From IMG/VR virus record IMGVR_UViG_3300042466_000764: a stretch of DNA of 64,000 bases, one strand, 5' to 3'. The position numbers and the translations under genes were made by a program. Position 1 is the stretch's first letter. Each line of letters opens with the position of its first letter. The notes beneath the pieces are model-generated. The model was not told the DNA's origin. It searched no databases and was given only the letters and a program-made list of their open reading frames with translations. The DNA is from an uncultured virus (IMG/VR IMGVR_UViG_3300042466_000764) (lineage: Duplodnaviria; Heunggongvirae; Uroviricota; Caudoviricetes). Shown here piece after piece: positions 1 through 9,635 of the stretch.

Positions 1-77
1 TAGAAAGTTATTGGACAATAAGAAAAAGCATAATAGGTAATTAGCATTTTTTGTGATATAATATATTAAGGAGATAT

Positions 78-302
78 ATGACACAAGATTCAAAGAAAAA
101 AAGTTTATATAAGACAGTTAGTTGGCCTATTGTTCACATAGGTTTTGTTGGTACGTTAGTATATTTTTTTGAAAAGGCAATTACTGGTGAAGCACACTGG
201 GAATATGCTGGATCTTTTGCAATAATCTATACAGCATGTGAAATGCTTGGATTTTTCTTACATGAAAGAGCCTGGTCAAGGTTTGGTAAAAAGGTGGCCT
301 AA
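78..302 (+). CDS. small membrane protein (DUF2061-like)
   Basis: Two hydrophobic segments; SLYKTVSW...LHERAW pattern; AAGGAG RBS upstream. Confidence 0.5.
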   Translation: MTQDSKKKSLYKTVSWPIVHIGFVGTLVYFFEKAITGEAHWEYAGSFAIIYTACEMLGFFLHERAWSRFGKKVA

Positions 303-487
303 TGCCCATCTATGAATATATATGTAAAAAATGTCAAACAGAATACGTAAAAGTTCGCTCAATTAGGGAAAACGATCCAGGGTATGATTGTGAAAAATGC
401 AACATATCCCTGGTTCGAAAATATGATTCAGTCGCTAGTGTTTTTAACGGTGATGGTTTTTACTCAACAGATAAAAGAAAAAAATAA
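302..487 (+). CDS. FmdB-family zinc-ribbon protein
   Basis: MPIYEYxCxxC...CxxC...F.G.GFYSTD signature. Confidence 0.85.
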   Translation: MPIYEYICKKCQTEYVKVRSIRENDPGYDCEKCNISLVRKYDSVASVFNGDGFYSTDKRKK

Positions 488-550
488 CATACTAGACAAA
501 GTTCAAGGTATGTGCTAAAATTGGTATAACTACTAAACAAAGGTATAATT

Positions 551-799
551 ATGTTAATGACTAAAACAACTCCAGACGTAAACGAATATCTATTGACATT
601 AAACGATAGATGTGATAGGTGTAATGCACAGGCCTATGTAAAGGCTGTGGGCTTAGATGGAGATCTATTGTTTTGTGCACATCATTATAATAAGATTGTT
701 GATAATGCTGTGGGTTATGATAAAATTATGAAGTTTGCTATTAATATTGTAGACGAAAGAGATAGATTGATTGAGAATAAGTTGAAAGGAAAGGACTAA
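551..799 (+). CDS. hypothetical zinc-binding phage protein
   Basis: DRCDRC...LLFCAHH motif. Confidence 0.6.
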   Translation: MLMTKTTPDVNEYLLTLNDRCDRCNAQAYVKAVGLDGDLLFCAHHYNKIVDNAVGYDKIMKFAINIVDERDRLIENKLKGKD

Positions 800-802
800 A
801 AA

Positions 803-1255
803 ATGCGTACCGTTCAGTTTTTTGGGTTAGACCCAGAAATTAGAAATAAACTTGCAAAAGATTTTTCAGATAAAATGGGTGGATATTTTTGTACAGACAG
901 GGAGTTGCCTACAGCAAGCACAGAATCCCCATATGCTAGATGGCTACGAACAATTGGTACCGTGGCATCAAGAAACAACGTAGACCTGTATGTTCCAAGT
1001 GGATATTTTCCAACAAAAGAGGCAAGAGAACAGTTTAAAGATTCTCCATATGCGTACGATACGTTCACTGTTTGGGTAAACACAATTGATGAACAAGATG
1101 CAGTCGTTCCAATTCCTCCTCAAGGTGCTCCATCTGATTTTAAATGGGAAGCACCATCAGAAGATGAATATGATCTTATGATAACTAAGTCCATTGGCTC
1201 TATTGATAGCATGCTTGTTGAGGTTGTATTACAATACGACAGGTACTTTAGTTAA
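803..1255 (+). CDS. degenerate APS-kinase-like P-loop protein
   Basis: Resembles the N-terminal domain of the next ORF (QFFGL..., VWVNT..., WEAP) but has no Walker A GKT. Confidence 0.4.
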   Translation: MRTVQFFGLDPEIRNKLAKDFSDKMGGYFCTDRELPTASTESPYARWLRTIGTVASRNNVDLYVPSGYFPTKEAREQFKDSPYAYDTFTVWVNTIDEQDAVVPIPPQGAPSDFKWEAPSEDEYDLMITKSIGSIDSMLVEVVLQYDRYFS

Positions 1256-1256
1256 A

Positions 1257-1949
1257 ATGATAATTCAATTTATAGGACTACCTGGATCTGGAGCAACTGA
1301 GATTGCAGATGCTGTAAGAGATAGAATAAATGGTCTACATTTAGACAAAGAAATATTTACTGATTTTTTTTCAGGTTCTAATGAGTTAGTGTACTATCAA
1401 AAACTAGGAACATTGGCAAGAATTTTAGAATCTAAACAAGATAAGCCAGTTATAGTTGATGCCGTTTTTAACATAGAGCAGTACAGAAAAATATTTGGAA
1501 AAGCAGATATAGTGGTTTGGGTAGATACAAAAGAAAACACATCTGCCAGAGCATGGGAAGATCCAGAGTTTTTTCATCATAAGATAGTTAATACTGGCGA
1601 TGAGCACGAAGATGCTCTGCCAACGCGAGCCATAAATGTTATAAGAAAGTTTAGGCTTTTTGATTGGAAAAAAGAAACTACTTTAATGACAGATACTTAT
1701 CAATCATGGAATGAAAAAAATTTAAAACAGTATGTTGATACTTTGCACACAAACCCTCAAGTAGTTATTGGCGTTAAGCATGTTTCTGGAATGACTGAAA
1801 ACGATCCGTTACATTTTGAACAAGTAAGTGAGTTAATTAAAAATAGTATTCCAGATGCTAAAATAATTAAATTACCAAACATTACTAACATAGTTTATAC
1901 CAATAAAAGTAGTTTTGAAGTAGAGAAAATGGGAGACATGTATGATTAA
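1257..1949 (+). CDS. adenylylsulfate-kinase-like protein with C-terminal nucleotidyltransferase-like domain, probably degenerate
   Basis: MIIQFIGLPGSGATE P-loop with Lys replaced by Ala; VVWVDT; ATG 1257 chosen as start. Confidence 0.55.
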   Translation: MIIQFIGLPGSGATEIADAVRDRINGLHLDKEIFTDFFSGSNELVYYQKLGTLARILESKQDKPVIVDAVFNIEQYRKIFGKADIVVWVDTKENTSARAWEDPEFFHHKIVNTGDEHEDALPTRAINVIRKFRLFDWKKETTLMTDTYQSWNEKNLKQYVDTLHTNPQVVIGVKHVSGMTENDPLHFEQVSELIKNSIPDAKIIKLPNITNIVYTNKSSFEVEKMGDMYD

Positions 1950-2592
1950 TAAAAAAACAGCACTCACTATGGTTTGTGCAGCAGTTTTATCTTTAAACAC
2001 TATCTCAGCAAATGCTGTAGATACTAAGTACAAAGATGCCTTAACAGCATTAAACACTCTAAAGGTTGCTGATGAAGTTCGTACAGGATATAAGAGAGAA
2101 CAGTTTAAACATTGGGTTGGAGTAGGCAAAGGTTGTGATTCTAGAAAAGCAGTTATTATTTCAGAAGCAATTATAAAACCAACTGTTGATAAAAAATGTG
2201 CAATTACAGGCGGTAAGTGGTTAAGCATCTACGATAATACTACTGTAACTGAAGCAGGAAAACTTGATGTAGATCATATGGTTCCCTTGGCTGAGTCATG
2301 GGATTCTGGTGCAAGTAAATGGGATGCAAAAAAACGTGAGATGTATGCAAATGATCAAACTGATTTAAGACATTTAATTGCAGTGACTGGAGCATCTAAT
2401 AGATCAAAATCAGATAGAGATCCAGCAGATTGGTTACCAACAAACAAAGCATATGTTTGTGAGTATTTAACTAATTGGGTATCAATTAAAGTTAGATGGT
2501 CATTGTCTGTTGATAAAAAAGAAAAAGATGCAATTACAGCAGGATTAAAACCTTGTAAAAAAACTGCATTTTCCATAACACCAATAAAATAG
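1942..2592 (+). CDS. secreted HNH-family nuclease (DUF1524-like)
   Basis: Signal peptide; DVDHMVPLAESWDSGA...N.SKSD.DP..WLP motif. Confidence 0.85.
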   Translation: MINKKTALTMVCAAVLSLNTISANAVDTKYKDALTALNTLKVADEVRTGYKREQFKHWVGVGKGCDSRKAVIISEAIIKPTVDKKCAITGGKWLSIYDNTTVTEAGKLDVDHMVPLAESWDSGASKWDAKKREMYANDQTDLRHLIAVTGASNRSKSDRDPADWLPTNKAYVCEYLTNWVSIKVRWSLSVDKKEKDAITAGLKPCKKTAFSITPIK

Positions 2593-2602
2593 AAAGTTAA
2601 TA

Positions 2603-2938
2603 ATGAGTGATGACAAAGACGTTATAGCAAATCTTATTTTGCTTGGTGCACTTGAGGTTGCTGGTATTGATATAGACACTGGTGAACCATTGTATAATTT
2701 TACTTCAAAACTACAGGATGTTAGTCCAGATCTTCATAATGAAATGTCTACATATTTTAGTAGAGAGACGATGGCATTGTGGCAACATGGTTTTATAGCA
2801 ATGGATATAACTCAAAAAGATCCAGAGATAAAATTGCTGCCAAAAGCATTTAATAAAAAAGAAGTAGAAAAATTAGAAGAAAATAACAAGTATAGTCTAA
2901 AAGAAATAATAAGAATTGTAATGAAAGATCAGGCGTAA
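2603..2938 (+). CDS. hypothetical protein
   Basis: ORF in a tightly packed operon. Confidence 0.7.
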   Translation: MSDDKDVIANLILLGALEVAGIDIDTGEPLYNFTSKLQDVSPDLHNEMSTYFSRETMALWQHGFIAMDITQKDPEIKLLPKAFNKKEVEKLEENNKYSLKEIIRIVMKDQA

Positions 2939-2941
2939 TAG

Positions 2942-3343
2942 ATGGATTTTTTACTTGGTACTGTAACAACAACGCTTATATTATTTATTTTTCTTGTATT
3001 TTTAATAAATAAAAGAAATAAACGTGAGCCATTTTTTTTAATAAGGTATAGTCAAAGCCACATACACCGTATCCTGTCCCCCCTATTGCCGCAGGTAGAT
3101 CAAATAAGTAAGATTAACAATAAAGACAATCAATCAAGTAAGCACCTAAAAAATACTAACGTTAGGGTGCTCATTGTAGAAGGCAAAGCCTATTGGACTA
3201 AAAATAATGTGTTCTATGTGTCAAATATTGTTGATGGAGATATAGATAAAAACAATGCACAGGTAGTTGACACAATGGGTATGAATAAGGTAGAATTAGA
3301 TAAGATGCTTTTTATCATAGATCAACTTAGAAAGGGTGAATAG
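2942..3343 (+). CDS. hypothetical membrane-anchored protein
   Basis: N-terminal hydrophobic helix. Confidence 0.7.
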   Translation: MDFLLGTVTTTLILFIFLVFLINKRNKREPFFLIRYSQSHIHRILSPLLPQVDQISKINNKDNQSSKHLKNTNVRVLIVEGKAYWTKNNVFYVSNIVDGDIDKNNAQVVDTMGMNKVELDKMLFIIDQLRKGE

Positions 3344-3345
3344 GC

Positions 3346-3696
3346 ATGATAGTTGCAGTTCAAGGCAGCAAAACTTTTGAAGACTATAGTGTATTCATCA
3401 GGGCTATGGGTGTGGCACTAGCATCTTTACCAGAAAATGATGATAAGTTTCACATCTACTCAGCAGGTCCAGCCAAAGTTAATTCTATGGTTTCAGAGTT
3501 TTCAAATTTATCTGAAAGAGGATTAAGAGCAAGGGGTAAAAAAATTAAATTCTTTAAGGTTGCCCCAACATGGCTAAAAGAAAATTTTGATTCAATTGGT
3601 TACTTTGCTTATTTAAGTACACCACAGGATCAACCTTCTGCATTAGTTGCAGAAGCAGAACTTCACAACGTTGAAGTTGGAATATTCCGCTACTAG
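3346..3696 (+). CDS. hypothetical protein (possible SLOG/YspA-like fold)
   Basis: MIVAVQGSKTFEDY resembles SLOG-type N-termini. Confidence 0.45.
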   Translation: MIVAVQGSKTFEDYSVFIRAMGVALASLPENDDKFHIYSAGPAKVNSMVSEFSNLSERGLRARGKKIKFFKVAPTWLKENFDSIGYFAYLSTPQDQPSALVAEAELHNVEVGIFRY

Positions 3697-3708
3697 AGAA
3701 AGAAAACA

Positions 3709-4089
3709 ATGTTACAACACAAGCACATATTAATTAATGCCAAAGTAAAGAATCCATTAAAGACTCCAGAAGATGGCGTTGGGTTTTTAACAAGATTAGT
3801 TTATGCAATACAAATGAAAATTATTAAAGGACCGTTTGCTTCTTATGTTGAAGCAGAAGGAAATCGTGGCTTAACAGCAATAGTAATGATTGAAACATCT
3901 CATATCGCATTTCATATTTGGGATGAAAAAGATCCTGCAATGTTACAATTTGATTTATACACATGTGGAGAATTAGATAAAGATATTATTCTTGAACACA
4001 TAAATAGAGAAATGCAAATAGAATCAATGGACTGGGTTTTGTTTGACAGAGAAGATGGGTTTAAGGCAATTGATAGTGGTGCAAAATGA
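3709..4089 (+). CDS. speD: S-adenosylmethionine decarboxylase-family proenzyme
   Basis: G.TAIVMIETSHIAFHIWDE...QFDLYTCG pyruvoyl self-cleavage motif. Confidence 0.85.
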   Translation: MLQHKHILINAKVKNPLKTPEDGVGFLTRLVYAIQMKIIKGPFASYVEAEGNRGLTAIVMIETSHIAFHIWDEKDPAMLQFDLYTCGELDKDIILEHINREMQIESMDWVLFDREDGFKAIDSGAK

Positions 4090-4295
4090 TAATTGATAAA
4101 CTAGAAACTATGGAATCAATTGTTGCAAATAATAAAAAACTATCTTGGGATGGTTGGGATGTAATAGAACTGACGCAATCAGATAAAGGACGTCTATCTA
4201 CTACTGGTGCTTTTGTAAATGGAGCATGGTATATTAAAAAAATATTTTCACCATCAAGAGATGGTTGGAATATGCCAACTAAATATGTAGGTTAA
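4086..4295 (+). CDS. hypothetical protein
   Basis: ORF coupled to the previous gene. Confidence 0.65.
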   Translation: MIIDKLETMESIVANNKKLSWDGWDVIELTQSDKGRLSTTGAFVNGAWYIKKIFSPSRDGWNMPTKYVG

Positions 4296-4296
4296 T

Positions 4297-4590
4297 ATGA
4301 AAAAACATGAATGGAAAGATAAGGCATCGTGTTATAAATATGATACTAATATTTTTTTTGAAAAATATGAAAATGATTTAATGCTTAGGCCAGCCATAGA
4401 CAAACTATGCTTAGAGTGTCCTGTCATGAAAGAATGTTTTTCTGTTGGTATTACTCAAAAAGAATGGGGAGTTTGGGGCGGTATTTATCTTGAGCAAGGA
4501 GAAATATCTAGAGAGTTTAATAAACACAAAACAAAACCAATCTGGGCAAACATTTGGCAAACACTTACTATGGGATCAGGTAAGACATGA
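4297..4590 (+). CDS. whiB: WhiB-family Fe-S transcription factor
   Basis: W...ASC...FF...CxxCPV..EC...WGVWGG. Confidence 0.92.
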   Translation: MKKHEWKDKASCYKYDTNIFFEKYENDLMLRPAIDKLCLECPVMKECFSVGITQKEWGVWGGIYLEQGEISREFNKHKTKPIWANIWQTLTMGSGKT

Positions 4591-5561
4591 TTTTAAACAA
4601 AGAAGAGTTTTTTGAATTTATAAATAAAGAAAATCTTTTTATTTATAATAACTCAACTTATAAAAACTACAATTTAGGAAATAAAGTTGAAATTGATAAA
4701 CAAATTTCTGAAAATTGTGATGTGCACTATTTTAAAGAAGACACTGTCGCATATTTTAAAATGTCTAATTCTTTTTATCATTTTTATATTGACGAAGTTG
4801 CATTTATATTTAATTTATTTAAAAAAGATCCAACATGTTTATTTTTAATAGAGGTAGATCAAGATCAGTATGAGTCAGGTCATTTAGGACAGCCTTACCT
4901 TAGAGATTTTTTTAATATTTTAAAAGATTTTAAAATAAAATATAAAATTATTTATAATAAAAATAATAAAAAGATTGCAATATTTAGCAAGGCTACCTAT
5001 GTTAGAACAGTCGAACATGGTAAATATAAAATATTAATTGATGATTTAGTAGAAACACTTTCTGCATATATTAATAAAGATGGTTTACCTCCAAATAAAA
5101 AAGTTTATTTGAGTAGATCAATGGTGTTAGAAAGAGATAACTTTTTAGAGATGAACACTCCTAAAAATGGATCTTTGCCATTAAAGTTTAAAACAGACAA
5201 ACGAATTAATGATGAAAGTTTGATAGAAACTTTTTTTAAAGAACATGGTTTTGAAATAGTTTATCCTGAAAAGTTTGAATCTTTATTTGATCAAATAAAT
5301 TTTATGAGTAAGGTTAAATTATTAATATCAGCAAGTGGTTCTGGATTAACTAACTGTGTGCTTATGCAAAAAAATCAAAAAGTTATTGAACTAATGACCA
5401 CTATAGCAACTAACGGAAACGATCAGGTCATGTCTTTTTATCTTGAATTATCTGTTGTTATGAATCATCAATATATAAGCATTCCTCACTCTAGAGATCC
5501 AGAAGAAATTATTAAATCTTTTAAAAATAATAAATATCTTATGGAGTTAATAAGTGAGTAA
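4587..5561 (+). CDS. glycosyltransferase family 61-like
   Basis: KVYLSR...RI.DE...GFEIVYPE...QI.....LI..SGSGLTN. Confidence 0.8.
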   Translation: MILNKEEFFEFINKENLFIYNNSTYKNYNLGNKVEIDKQISENCDVHYFKEDTVAYFKMSNSFYHFYIDEVAFIFNLFKKDPTCLFLIEVDQDQYESGHLGQPYLRDFFNILKDFKIKYKIIYNKNNKKIAIFSKATYVRTVEHGKYKILIDDLVETLSAYINKDGLPPNKKVYLSRSMVLERDNFLEMNTPKNGSLPLKFKTDKRINDESLIETFFKEHGFEIVYPEKFESLFDQINFMSKVKLLISASGSGLTNCVLMQKNQKVIELMTTIATNGNDQVMSFYLELSVVMNHQYISIPHSRDPEEIIKSFKNNKYLMELISE

Positions 5562-6285
5562 GATAAATATAATTATACCCATGTTGGGCTTAGGTCAAAG
5601 ATTTAAAGATCAAACCAATGTTCCAAAACCATTGATACAGGTTGACGAAAAAACACTTATAGAACATGCAATTGAATCTTTAAATATTAAAGGAAGGTAT
5701 ATTTTTATAACAAGAAATTATGACAATCAAGAGTATAATAAAAAACTTACAGATATATTTAACAAACTTTGTACAGATTATGTAGAGATAAGATCAGACA
5801 AAAGCACAAGCGGGCCTACCGAAACATGTTTGCTTGCTCTTGAACATATAGACCAATACAATCCTTTAATTATTACAAATTGTGACCAACTTATGAAATG
5901 GAATTCACAATTGTTTTTAGATGAAATAGCAGATAAAGATCCAGATGCCGCATTGGTTTTACATAAATCAACTAATGAAAAACATAGTTTTGCAAAAATT
6001 AAAAATAATCGTATAATTCAAGTAAAGGAAAAAAAAGCAATTAGTGATGATTGTTTAATGGGAATACATTATTGGAAGTATGGCAAGTTATTTATTGATT
6101 CTGGTAACATGTTGGTTAAAAATTTTAAACAAAATAATATCTTAGAAACATATATATCAGAAACTTATAACTACTTAATTGAAAATCAAATTGATATTCT
6201 TCCATTTTATATTAAAAATGAAGAGTTTATTTGCTTAGGAACACCAGAAGATATTGATATATATAATAAAAGAGAGTTGAGATAA
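5554..6285 (+). CDS. sugar-phosphate nucleotidyltransferase
   Basis: IIPMLGLGQRF...PKPLI; NCDQ; LGTPED. Confidence 0.85.
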   Translation: MSKINIIIPMLGLGQRFKDQTNVPKPLIQVDEKTLIEHAIESLNIKGRYIFITRNYDNQEYNKKLTDIFNKLCTDYVEIRSDKSTSGPTETCLLALEHIDQYNPLIITNCDQLMKWNSQLFLDEIADKDPDAALVLHKSTNEKHSFAKIKNNRIIQVKEKKAISDDCLMGIHYWKYGKLFIDSGNMLVKNFKQNNILETYISETYNYLIENQIDILPFYIKNEEFICLGTPEDIDIYNKRELR

Positions 6286-6292
6286 TAAAAAT

Positions 6293-6622
6293 ATGAAAAC
6301 ATATAAAATAGATGATATGATCCGTGGTTGGTTTATTGGAAATTTTGAACCAAACGCTTTTAAAACATCTGATGTTGAAGTTGGTTTTAGGATACATAAA
6401 AAAGATGAACAGTATGAACTACACTATCAAACAAAAGTTGTTGAAGTTAATTTATTAGTGCATGGCAAAATGATCATGCATGGAAAAGAATTAAACTCTG
6501 GAGACATTTTTATTATTTATCCATATGAAATTTCTGATCAACAATTTTTAGAAGATTGTGAGATTGTTTGTATAAAACTTCCTGGGATTGTAAATGATAA
6601 AATTGTTGTAGAAAAACAATGA
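6293..6622 (+). CDS. cupin-fold protein
   Basis: GWFIGNFEP...GDIFIIYPYE; typical companion of the nucleotidyltransferase. Confidence 0.65.
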   Translation: MKTYKIDDMIRGWFIGNFEPNAFKTSDVEVGFRIHKKDEQYELHYQTKVVEVNLLVHGKMIMHGKELNSGDIFIIYPYEISDQQFLEDCEIVCIKLPGIVNDKIVVEKQ

Positions 6623-7062
6623 TAAAAATATCACACCGTGGTAATCTATATGGACCTGATTTAGATAAAGAAAATACTGTAGATAGTATTTTTAATGCAA
6701 TAAATAAAAATTATGAGGTAGAGATAGATGTTTGGGTTATAGATGGTTTTCTATATTTTGGACACGATATGCCTGAACATAAGGTAGATTTGAAAATTAT
6801 TGATGATATAGGGCTTAACGGTTGGTTTCATTGTAAAAATTTAGAATCTTTGACTTTCTTTAAGGAAAATTTACCAAATTGTAAATTTTTTTGGCATCAA
6901 GCAGATGACTTTACATTAACAAGCAATAATTACATTTGGACATACCCTGAAAAAAATATATTAAAACAATCTATTATTGTTCATTTAGAAAGGCCAACGC
7001 AAGAATACCTTGATAATTTTAATGGATACGGTATCTGTAGCGACTATATTGGATACTTATGA
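6619..7062 (+). CDS. GDPD/PI-PLC-like phosphodiesterase
   Basis: ISHRGN...EN...VEIDVW...GHD...HCKN...GICSD. Confidence 0.75.
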   Translation: MIKISHRGNLYGPDLDKENTVDSIFNAINKNYEVEIDVWVIDGFLYFGHDMPEHKVDLKIIDDIGLNGWFHCKNLESLTFFKENLPNCKFFWHQADDFTLTSNNYIWTYPEKNILKQSIIVHLERPTQEYLDNFNGYGICSDYIGYL

Positions 7063-7083
7063 TATACTTTTATAAGGAAAAAA

Positions 7084-7323
7084 ATGTATACTGACAGTAT
7101 GAAAAGGGCTTTTCGTTCTATTACTGCACCTAAAAACTTTGGTGTGCAGATTATAGATAATGATAATTTTTTGTCTGTTAAACTAGACCCTAAGTCTTTA
7201 GCCAGGCTAGATCATGATGGAAAGATAGCAGCAGTTGAGTATATAATTAAAGTTAAAAAGGCATTAGAGCAAAATGGTGCTATTGTTTTATTGACGAGAG
7301 AGGCTATAAAGGATGCAAAATAG
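7084..7323 (+). CDS. hypothetical protein
   Basis: AAGGA RBS and a TGATATACT promoter upstream. Confidence 0.7.
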   Translation: MYTDSMKRAFRSITAPKNFGVQIIDNDNFLSVKLDPKSLARLDHDGKIAAVEYIIKVKKALEQNGAIVLLTREAIKDAK

Positions 7324-7756
7324 TTGGTTAATCTTTTTATTAATTTTTACTACAGCGTTGTCTATGGTTGCTATATTAAAGGGCATGTGGTTAAAGTTTC
7401 AGTACACTGATGCTTTGAGTAAAATATTTCAAATGCAAATAGATACAACTACAACAAACGCTTTTTTGCTTGATAAATTAAAGCATAGGGATAAAGAAGA
7501 ATCTGTAAAGACAGATGTTCAGGAAGGTTTTATAAACTTTCTTAATCAATCTAGAGAGTCTGCTTTTGAGTATATAGAAAATGTACAAAACACTCTTAGT
7601 AATGTAGTGACAGATTTAAGTCCCATTATAGAGTTTCATGACAAGTATGGTGCTATTTTTGATACTGATACTAGAAATCAGATGCAGGTTGTATCTAAAT
7701 CATTTCATGAGTTAAAGAAGTTAATTCCAGAGGAGGTGGATCTTGATAAGGCTTAA
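7313..7756 (+). CDS. hypothetical membrane protein
   Basis: N-terminal TM helix. Confidence 0.65.
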   Translation: MQNSWLIFLLIFTTALSMVAILKGMWLKFQYTDALSKIFQMQIDTTTTNAFLLDKLKHRDKEESVKTDVQEGFINFLNQSRESAFEYIENVQNTLSNVVTDLSPIIEFHDKYGAIFDTDTRNQMQVVSKSFHELKKLIPEEVDLDKA

Positions 7757-7906
7757 AGACCAAACAGAGGTAGTGTGGAATGCTTTTAAAGTGTGTGAAG
7801 AATATTCATGTAAAGAAGAAGCAACACGAATATTTAATGATTATCCACGAGAATTAAACTTGTGTGATTTACACATGGATCAATTAAAAAGAAAGATGTT
7901 TATATC

Positions 7907-8629
7907 ATGACCAATAGTCAAGAGGTAAACTTTATTCCATCTAGCCAGGATGTAGAGTTTATGACCCCAAGACCACAGTCTGCAAAAAACTATTTGCCAA
8001 AATGGTTTAAGGATATGCCTACTCTTCAACCAACTTTAAGAGGTAATAGGGACGACGGTACAGCAAAGAAATGTCCACCATTCTTAGATGCATTAACTTC
8101 AGGGTATACACAAGAATTAATATGTGATGTTGAAATAATTAATCTTGGTGTTGATCCAAATACAGGTAATGATATTGTAAATTATAAGTGGGCTGGTCCA
8201 ATTAAACCATTGTCTACAAGAGCACAAGACACTGATTCTAGAAGAGTGTTTCCTAACTTTGATGGCTACTATACTAACGAATTTCATTGGATAACTCAGT
8301 GGGAACCTCAGACTCCAGCGGGGTATAGCACATTATACTTTCATCCAGCAAACAGATTAGATCTACCATTTTTAACAATGAATGGTATTATAGACACAGA
8401 CAAATGGTCAGTTAATGGGCCAATACCTTTTATGGTAAAGAAAGGGTTTGAAGGTTTGATACCTGCTGGAACTCCAATATATCAAATGATATTTATTAAA
8501 AGAGAAGATTGGACTTCTCAAGAATTAGAGTATAATGATAAACAATTTAAAAAAATGTCTTACGGTATTAAAAAGGTAATGGAAAATGGATACAAAAAAA
8601 ACTTTTGGTCCAAAAAAAATTACTCATAG
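7907..8629 (+). CDS. conserved phage protein (DUF6065-like beta fold)
   Basis: P.WFK...T.K.CPPFLDA...TP.GYS.L..HP.NR...G.IDTD...IPAGTP..Q. Confidence 0.55.
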   Translation: MTNSQEVNFIPSSQDVEFMTPRPQSAKNYLPKWFKDMPTLQPTLRGNRDDGTAKKCPPFLDALTSGYTQELICDVEIINLGVDPNTGNDIVNYKWAGPIKPLSTRAQDTDSRRVFPNFDGYYTNEFHWITQWEPQTPAGYSTLYFHPANRLDLPFLTMNGIIDTDKWSVNGPIPFMVKKGFEGLIPAGTPIYQMIFIKREDWTSQELEYNDKQFKKMSYGIKKVMENGYKKNFWSKKNYS

Positions 8630-8671
8630 GTTTGAGCATATTAAATGCTCAAAGAAAAAGGAGAAATAAAA

Positions 8672-8914
8672 ATGAATAAAGAACAATTAAAGGCCGCTCT
8701 TGCATCATACGGACGCTCTGTCCTAGGTGCTGGACTAGCATTGTACATGACAGGCGTAACAGATCCAAAAGATCTAGCATATGCTCTATTGGCAGCGATT
8801 GCCCCAGTAGCATTACGTGCAATTAATCCAAGCGATACAGCATTTGGAAGACTTCCAGATGTAGCAGAAGTTGAAAAAGCAGCGAAATCTGCAAAAAAAC
8901 CTGCTAAAAAATAA
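8672..8914 (+). CDS. holin-like small membrane protein
   Basis: Two TM helices and a basic tail; AAGGAG RBS before ATG 8672. Confidence 0.55.
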   Translation: MNKEQLKAALASYGRSVLGAGLALYMTGVTDPKDLAYALLAAIAPVALRAINPSDTAFGRLPDVAEVEKAAKSAKKPAKK

Positions 8915-8926
8915 ACAGGTGTAATT

Positions 8927-8959
8927 AGAGACAGGTGGTTTTAATTAACTGCCTGTCTC
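8927..8959. terminator. bidirectional hairpin between convergent genes
   Basis: GAGACAGGTGGTT-N6-AACTGCCTGTCTC inverted repeat. Confidence 0.65.
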
Positions 8960-9595
8960 ATTAAACAATATACCAACAGCAGTATTTGAATATGGTAAAT
9001 CTTCATAGTTAACATTGTCTTCAATATCAAATCTAAACCAAGATAACATTGTATATCGATTTCCAGATTCTACTCCAGTCACTCCGTGTTTAAACTTTCC
9101 AGGAAACATCACCAAGTCACCAGCACTTGGTTTAATTTTTTTATTAATGTGTGGAAAAAATATTTCTCCACCAACATAGTCTTCATTTAAATAGCATATT
9201 GCTGCTAAGTTATATCTATAATAGCCATTATGCATTGCTGGATTGCCATCTGGTCCTTCACAATCAGCATGAACTGGAAGAGGAGAGTTTTGTTCTAAAT
9301 CCCAATTTACCAAATGAGTTGGAATTAGCACGTTTTCATCAAATTTAACATCATACTTATCTGTATAGTTTTTACATATTAAACTATATATATCTTTTTC
9401 TGATTTTTTTAGTATATTGAGGACATCTTGGTTATCTATATCTAATCTGTCTATAGGACCTTTAGTTTTATATTCTTTAATCCAGTTTGTTATATAGTCA
9501 AGTTTATCCTTAGTCAAAAAATTAGGGACAACAACAACCCTATCTTCAGAATATCCTATTTTGTCAAATTGCTCTACATATTTGTCATATATCAT
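8945..9595 (-). CDS. 2OG-Fe(II) oxygenase (prolyl-4-hydroxylase-like)
   Basis: HAD...YLNEDYVGGE..F...HGV..V.SG.RY. Confidence 0.9.
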   Translation of the reverse strand: MIYDKYVEQFDKIGYSEDRVVVVPNFLTKDKLDYITNWIKEYKTKGPIDRLDIDNQDVLNILKKSEKDIYSLICKNYTDKYDVKFDENVLIPTHLVNWDLEQNSPLPVHADCEGPDGNPAMHNGYYRYNLAAICYLNEDYVGGEIFFPHINKKIKPSAGDLVMFPGKFKHGVTGVESGNRYTMLSWFRFDIEDNVNYEDLPYSNTAVGILFNETGS

Positions 9596-9635
9596 TAAAC
9601 AAGTATATCACTAAGAGGGTGGTACAATAGTAGAC

